Below, piece after piece: positions 60,032 to 64,000 of a DNA stretch of 64,000 nt; within the stretch, counting starts at the first letter, position 1, and every line of letters starts with the position of its first letter. The stretch is taken from contig JANRKA010000111.1 of assembly GCA_033875325.1 (NCBI GenBank), positions 249 through 64,248 on the forward strand. Reading direction: 5' to 3'. Under the pieces are notes generated by a model. That model searched no databases and had not been told where the DNA came from. It worked only from the letters and a program-made list of their open reading frames with translations. A program made the position numbers and the translations under genes. This stretch comes from Elusimicrobiota bacterium. GTDB lineage: Bacteria; Elusimicrobiota; Elusimicrobia; UBA1565; UBA9628.

Positions 60032-60082
60032 TTGACGGGGCCGGTACGATTTCCATATACTGTCCGTTCAGAGATTGAACAT
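60032..60082 (+). promoter_or_regulatory. Promoter TTGACG-18-TATACT plus candidate operator site S4 (GTTCA-GAGAT-TGAACAT, 60066-60082) overlapping ATG 60081
   Basis: TTGACG 60032-60037, TATACT 60056-60061. The inverted repeat covers the expected transcription start and the start codon. Confidence 0.5.
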
Positions 60083-60752
60083 GTCGTCCTCTCCTCATAT
60101 TAAGGCGTTCATCCAGGCCCGCACGTCCTCCCGGCGTTTCCCCGGCAAGGTGCTCACCCCTTTCCGTGGCCGCCCCCTCATCGACTGGGTGTGGGACGCC
60201 GCCGCGAAGGCGGTCCCCCGCTCGGCCATCGTGTTGGCCACCAGCACGGACGCCTCGGACGACGCCCTCGCCGCCCATGCCCTTTCCGCGGGCGTGACGG
60301 TGTTCCGTGGTCCCCTGGACGACGTGTTCGCCCGCTTCTCGCTTTGCCTCAAGGCACACCCCTGCGACTGGTTCTTCCGGGTCTGCGCCGATTCCCCGCT
60401 TCTGGACGGCGGCCTTCTGTCTTGGGCCGCGTCCCAGGCCGGGCCCGGCGTGGACCTCGTCACCAACGTCGCCCCGCGCTCCTTCCCGAAGGGACAGAGC
60501 GTGGAGCTGATCCGCGCCACGGCCTTCGCCGCGGTGGACGCCGCCGCGCTGACGCCGGAGCAGCGCGAGCACGCGACCTTGGCTTTCTACCAGGACGGGC
60601 GTTGGAAGGTGAAGAACCTCGACTCCGGCCGCCCCGAGTGGGCCAAGCTCTCGCTGACCGTGGACTCGCCCGAGGACCTGCGCCGCCTGGAGTCCGAGTA
60701 CCCGGCCGGCAGGCCGCTGCCGGTCTGGACTCCCGCCCGGAGCGCCGCGTGA
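60081..60752 (+). CDS. SpsF/PseF-like cytidylyltransferase-family protein
   Basis: AFIQARTSSRRFPGKVL, LATSTDASDD, ADSPLLD blocks of the SpsF-type CTP-transferase family. Confidence 0.75.
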   Translation: MSSSPHIKAFIQARTSSRRFPGKVLTPFRGRPLIDWVWDAAAKAVPRSAIVLATSTDASDDALAAHALSAGVTVFRGPLDDVFARFSLCLKAHPCDWFFRVCADSPLLDGGLLSWAASQAGPGVDLVTNVAPRSFPKGQSVELIRATAFAAVDAAALTPEQREHATLAFYQDGRWKVKNLDSGRPEWAKLSLTVDSPEDLRRLESEYPAGRPLPVWTPARSAA

Positions 60753-61762
60753 GCGCCAAGACCGCGACGCTCGGCGCCGCCGTCGTCGGCCTGGGCGTGG
60801 GCGAGGCGCATGCGAAGACTTTGGCGGCCGACCCGCGTTGCCGCCTCGTCGCCGTGTGCGACCGTGACGCGGCCCGGGCCGGCGCGGTGGGCGGCGCCCT
60901 CGGGGGCGTGAAGAACGTCGCCTTCGAGGCGATCCTCTCCGACCCCGCCATCTCCCTGGTGTCCATCGCCTCCTTCGACGACGACCACTACGCCCAGGCC
61001 TTGGCCGCGCTCAAGGCGGGCAAACACGTGTTCGTCGAGAAGCCGCTGTGCCGCTCGCTCCCGGAACTGAAGGCCCTCGCCGCCGCCCGCTCCGCCAAGG
61101 GCCTGCATCTGCGCTCCAACCTCGTGCTGCGCGCCGCGCCGTTGTGGCGTTGGCTGCTCGACGCGGTGAGGAACGGCGAGCTGGGGACCGTGTACGCCGT
61201 GGACGGCGACTATCTCTACGGCCGCCTGGAGAAGATGACCGACGGCTGGCGCAAGGACGTGCCCGATTACTCCGTGATGCAGGGCGGGGGCGTGCATCTC
61301 GTGGATCTCATGCTCGCCATCGCCGGAGAGAGACCGCTCAGCGTCTCCGCCTCCTCCTCGCGCATCGCCGCTGCCGGCACCGCCTTCCGCTACGACGACT
61401 TCCACGCCGCCGAATGGCGCTTCCCCTCCGGCCTCGTGGGCCGCGTCACCGCCAACTTCGGCTGCGTGCACCGTCACCAGCACGCCGTGCGCGTCTTCGG
61501 GACGAAGGCGACCTTCATCTACGACGATCAGGGAGCGCGGCTGCATCTCAGCCGCGACCCCGATGCCGCACCCAAACGGATCGACCTCGCGGCCAAGACG
61601 GCCGACAAGGGCGTCTTGCTGCCCGACCTCGTCACGGCCATCGCCGCCGGCGCGGATCCGGCGCCGGCGGCGAGACTTGAATACGACCTCATCGCGGCCT
61701 GTCTGGCCGCGGACGCGGCGCGCGGCCTCGACCGGCGCGTCGCCCTGGAGCCCATCGAATGA
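60749..61762 (+). CDS. Gfo/Idh/MocA-family NAD(P)-dependent oxidoreductase
   Basis: GTGA overlap. AAVVGLGVGEAH, VFVEKPL. Confidence 0.85.
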   Translation: MSAKTATLGAAVVGLGVGEAHAKTLAADPRCRLVAVCDRDAARAGAVGGALGGVKNVAFEAILSDPAISLVSIASFDDDHYAQALAALKAGKHVFVEKPLCRSLPELKALAAARSAKGLHLRSNLVLRAAPLWRWLLDAVRNGELGTVYAVDGDYLYGRLEKMTDGWRKDVPDYSVMQGGGVHLVDLMLAIAGERPLSVSASSSRIAAAGTAFRYDDFHAAEWRFPSGLVGRVTANFGCVHRHQHAVRVFGTKATFIYDDQGARLHLSRDPDAAPKRIDLAAKTADKGVLLPDLVTAIAAGADPAPAARLEYDLIAACLAADAARGLDRRVALEPIE

Positions 61763-62925
61763 GCACGACCACCGTCCGTGAAATCCCCTTCGCCCGCCCT
61801 TGGATCACCCCCGAGGACAAGCAGGCCGTTTTGAAGGTCCTCGACGGGCACGTGCTCACGCACGGCCCGGAGTGCAAGAACTTCGAGGCGGAGTTCTCGG
61901 CCTTCCTGGGCCCCGACGCCCACTCGGTGTCCATGAGCTCCTGCATGGGGGCCCTTCACGTCGCCTACCTGCACTTCGGCATCGGCAAGGGCGACGAGGT
62001 CATCGTGCCCGCGCAGACGCACGCGGCCACCGTGCACGCCGTCGAGTGGGTCGGCGCCACGCCCGTGTTCGCCGACTGCGACCCGGCCACCGGCAACATG
62101 CTGCCCGAAGCCATCGAGAAGCTGGTCACGCCGAAAACCAAGGCGATCTCCGTGGTCCACTTCGTCGGCTTCCCCTGCAAGATGGACGCCATCATGAAGA
62201 TCGCCGAGAGACACAAGCTCAAGGTCGTCGAGGACTGCGCCATCGCCCTGGGCGCGCGCCTGGACGGCCGCCACGTCGGCCTGTGGGGCGACGCCGCGAC
62301 CTTCTCGTTCTACCCGGTCAAACACATCACCACCGGCGAAGGCGGCATGTTCGTCAGCCGCCACAAGGAGGTCGCCGAGGCGGTCGCGCGCCTGCGCGCC
62401 TTCGGCGTGGACCGCACGCACACCGAGCGCGCGGTGCCCGGCTTCTACGACGTGCCCTCGTTGGGCTTGAACTACCGCATGAGCGAGATGCAGGCCGCGC
62501 TCGGCCGCTCGCAGCTCTCGCGCATCACGGAGAACCTCAAGCGCCGCAAGGACAACTTCGAGGCGCTCAAGAAGGAGTTGGCGGACTTCAAGGGGGGGCG
62601 CCTGCTCGATGAGCGCGACCCGCGCATGGTCACCAGCCCCTACTGCGGCTGCCTCATCCTCAACGGGTCGCTCGCGGCCAAGCGCAACGACTTCGTCGCC
62701 AAGCTCAACGCGTTGGGCATCGGCACCAGCATCTACTACCCGCAGCCGGTGCCGCGCATGAAGTACTATCGGACCAAATACGGCTACGACGCGGCGAAAT
62801 ACCCGCGCGCGGCCGAGATCAGCGACAACGGCGTCGCGCTGCCTTGCGGCACTCACCTCGTCCCCGCGGACATGCGGGTCGTGGCCGACGCCGTGCGCCG
62901 CGCCGCCACGGAGGTGCTCGGATGA
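61759..62925 (+). CDS. DegT/DnrJ/EryC1/StrS-family sugar aminotransferase (LegC/PseC-like)
   Basis: ATGA overlap. FSFYPVKHITTGEGG (PLP Lys), VPAQTHAAT. Confidence 0.9.
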   Translation: MSTTTVREIPFARPWITPEDKQAVLKVLDGHVLTHGPECKNFEAEFSAFLGPDAHSVSMSSCMGALHVAYLHFGIGKGDEVIVPAQTHAATVHAVEWVGATPVFADCDPATGNMLPEAIEKLVTPKTKAISVVHFVGFPCKMDAIMKIAERHKLKVVEDCAIALGARLDGRHVGLWGDAATFSFYPVKHITTGEGGMFVSRHKEVAEAVARLRAFGVDRTHTERAVPGFYDVPSLGLNYRMSEMQAALGRSQLSRITENLKRRKDNFEALKKELADFKGGRLLDERDPRMVTSPYCGCLILNGSLAAKRNDFVAKLNALGIGTSIYYPQPVPRMKYYRTKYGYDAAKYPRAAEISDNGVALPCGTHLVPADMRVVADAVRRAATEVLG

Positions 62926-63968
62926 GCCCGGTTCAGGACTTGAAAGGACGCAAGGTCGCCCTCATCGGAGGGGCCGGCTTCATCGGACACAACCTCGCGC
63001 TCAGCCTTCAGGCGCGCGGCGCGGAGGTCGAGATCGTCGACAGCCTGCAGGTCAACAACCTCCTGTCCTTCGCTTCGGAGGGCTCCGCCGCCCCCGACCG
63101 CGAGATGTACATGAAGATGCTCAACCAGCGCCTCGACCTGCTGCGCGCCGCGAAGATCAACATGCACCCCGTGGACGCGCGTGACTATCACGCGCTCTCG
63201 CGCATCCTGGTGCAGATAAAGCCGCAGGCCATCGTGCACCTGGCGGCCATCTCCCACGCGGGCAAGTCCAACAAGGACCCTTTCAGCACCTTCGACCACA
63301 GCCTGCGCACGCTGGAGAACGCGCTCGACTACGCGCGCGGCGGCGGCGTGGACCAGTTCGTGTTCCTGTCCTCGAGCATGGCCTACGGCAACTTCAAGAC
63401 CGCCGAGGTCACCGAGGAGCATCCGCTCGAGCCCATCGGCATCTACGGCGCCCTCAAGCTCGCCGGCGAGAAGATGGTCATCGCCTACAACCAGGTCTTC
63501 GGGCTGCCCTACACCATCCTGCGGCCGTCGGCCCTCTACGGACAGCGCTGCGTCAGCCGCCGCGTGGCCCAGGTCTACATCGAGACCGCGCTCAAGGGCG
63601 GGACCTTGCGCATGGACGGCGACGGCTCCGAGCGCCTGGACTTCACCTACATCGACGATCTCACCGACGGCATCGGCCTGTGCCTGGCCAACCCCAAGGC
63701 GCGCGGCGAGATCTTCAACCTGACTTACGGCGCGGCGCGCTCCATCAAGGAGCTTGGCGAGATTGTGCAGAAACACTTCCCGGGCACCAAGATCGAGAGC
63801 GTGCCTCGCGACGCGCTGATGCCGTTCCGCGGCACGCTCAACGTGGACAAGGCGCGCCGCCTCATCGGCTACGCGCCCAAGAACCCCATCGACGTCGGCA
63901 TCCCCAAATACATCGAGTGGTACCGCTCGCTGACCAACACGCCGGCCCCGAAGCCCGTCAGCGCGTGA
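62922..63968 (+). CDS. NAD-dependent sugar-nucleotide epimerase/dehydratase (SDR)
   Basis: ATGA overlap. ALIGGAGFIGHNL, YGALKLAGE (YxxxK). Confidence 0.85.
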   Translation: MSPVQDLKGRKVALIGGAGFIGHNLALSLQARGAEVEIVDSLQVNNLLSFASEGSAAPDREMYMKMLNQRLDLLRAAKINMHPVDARDYHALSRILVQIKPQAIVHLAAISHAGKSNKDPFSTFDHSLRTLENALDYARGGGVDQFVFLSSSMAYGNFKTAEVTEEHPLEPIGIYGALKLAGEKMVIAYNQVFGLPYTILRPSALYGQRCVSRRVAQVYIETALKGGTLRMDGDGSERLDFTYIDDLTDGIGLCLANPKARGEIFNLTYGAARSIKELGEIVQKHFPGTKIESVPRDALMPFRGTLNVDKARRLIGYAPKNPIDVGIPKYIEWYRSLTNTPAPKPVSA

Positions 63969-64000
63969 GCGGCGGCGTCACCGCCGACGCCTGGCTGACC
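63965..64000 (+). CDS. Possible start of a further operon gene (partial, runs off the window)
   Basis: GTG 63965 in another GTGA overlap. Only 12 codons are visible. Confidence 0.2.
   Translation, partial: MSGGVTADAWLT

Noticed and set aside
1-64000. Mobile elements, prophage, CRISPR, tRNA or rRNA genes
   Set aside because: No integrase, transposase or recombinase motifs, no terminal inverted repeats bounding a gene block, no spaced direct-repeat arrays and no tRNA-like cloverleaf regions were noticed. The few intergenic regions are 220 bp or less and are explained by promoters.

Overview
Visibly GC-rich bacterial chromosomal segment (third codon positions almost always G/C) from a diderm organism. 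I recognised no rRNA, tRNA, CRISPR array, transposase or integrase. Because of the GC bias, most long ORFs in the six-frame track are antisense or out-of-frame shadows. I kept about 55 CDS that carry recognisable family motifs or signal peptides and tile the window. All family calls come from reading motifs by eye, not from searches.

Layout:
(i) 1-13.6 kb: mixed envelope and housekeeping genes. These are an NTase-domain protein, a HEAT-like protein, a CheY-like receiver plus CheC/CheX-like phosphatase, YgiQ radical SAM, an esterase, a methyltransferase, two secreted Zn-metalloproteases, a DD-peptidase-like serine hydrolase, DUF3047, and an exported beta-propeller/caspase-like protease.
(ii) 13.6-20.0 kb: a 1874-aa SprA/Sov-like giant outer-membrane protein. 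It is translationally coupled to a lipoprotein made of two RcpC/CpaB-like repeats.
(iii) 20.5-64 kb: a surface-glycan super-locus of more than 43 kb. It contains:
- a priming phosphotransferase operon that ends in a periplasmic copper amine oxidase;
- a GtrB-like GT2 / GT-C-like module;
- two cobalamin-type radical SAM enzymes;
- rfbF-rfbG-rfbH plus a YerE-like ThDP enzyme (branched 3,6-dideoxyhexose logic);
- an ABC exporter;
- two nonulosonic-acid synthase/cytidylyltransferase fusions with opposite domain order;
- a legionaminic-acid-like gene set with a WbuXYZ-type amidotransferase;
- several methyltransferases, a PhyH-like dioxygenase and uncharacterised transferase-like proteins.

Sequence-level signals worth follow-up:
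- a GTTCR-N5-TGAACAT inverted repeat at four operon heads, including the promoter of an EPS-type MarR-like regulator;
- extended -10 boxes only 5-10 nt from start codons, implying leaderless or near-leaderless mRNAs;
- pervasive NTGA stop/start overlaps, including a probable CTG-initiated NeuC-like gene;
- a 94-nt nested palindrome built from a 14-nt unit.
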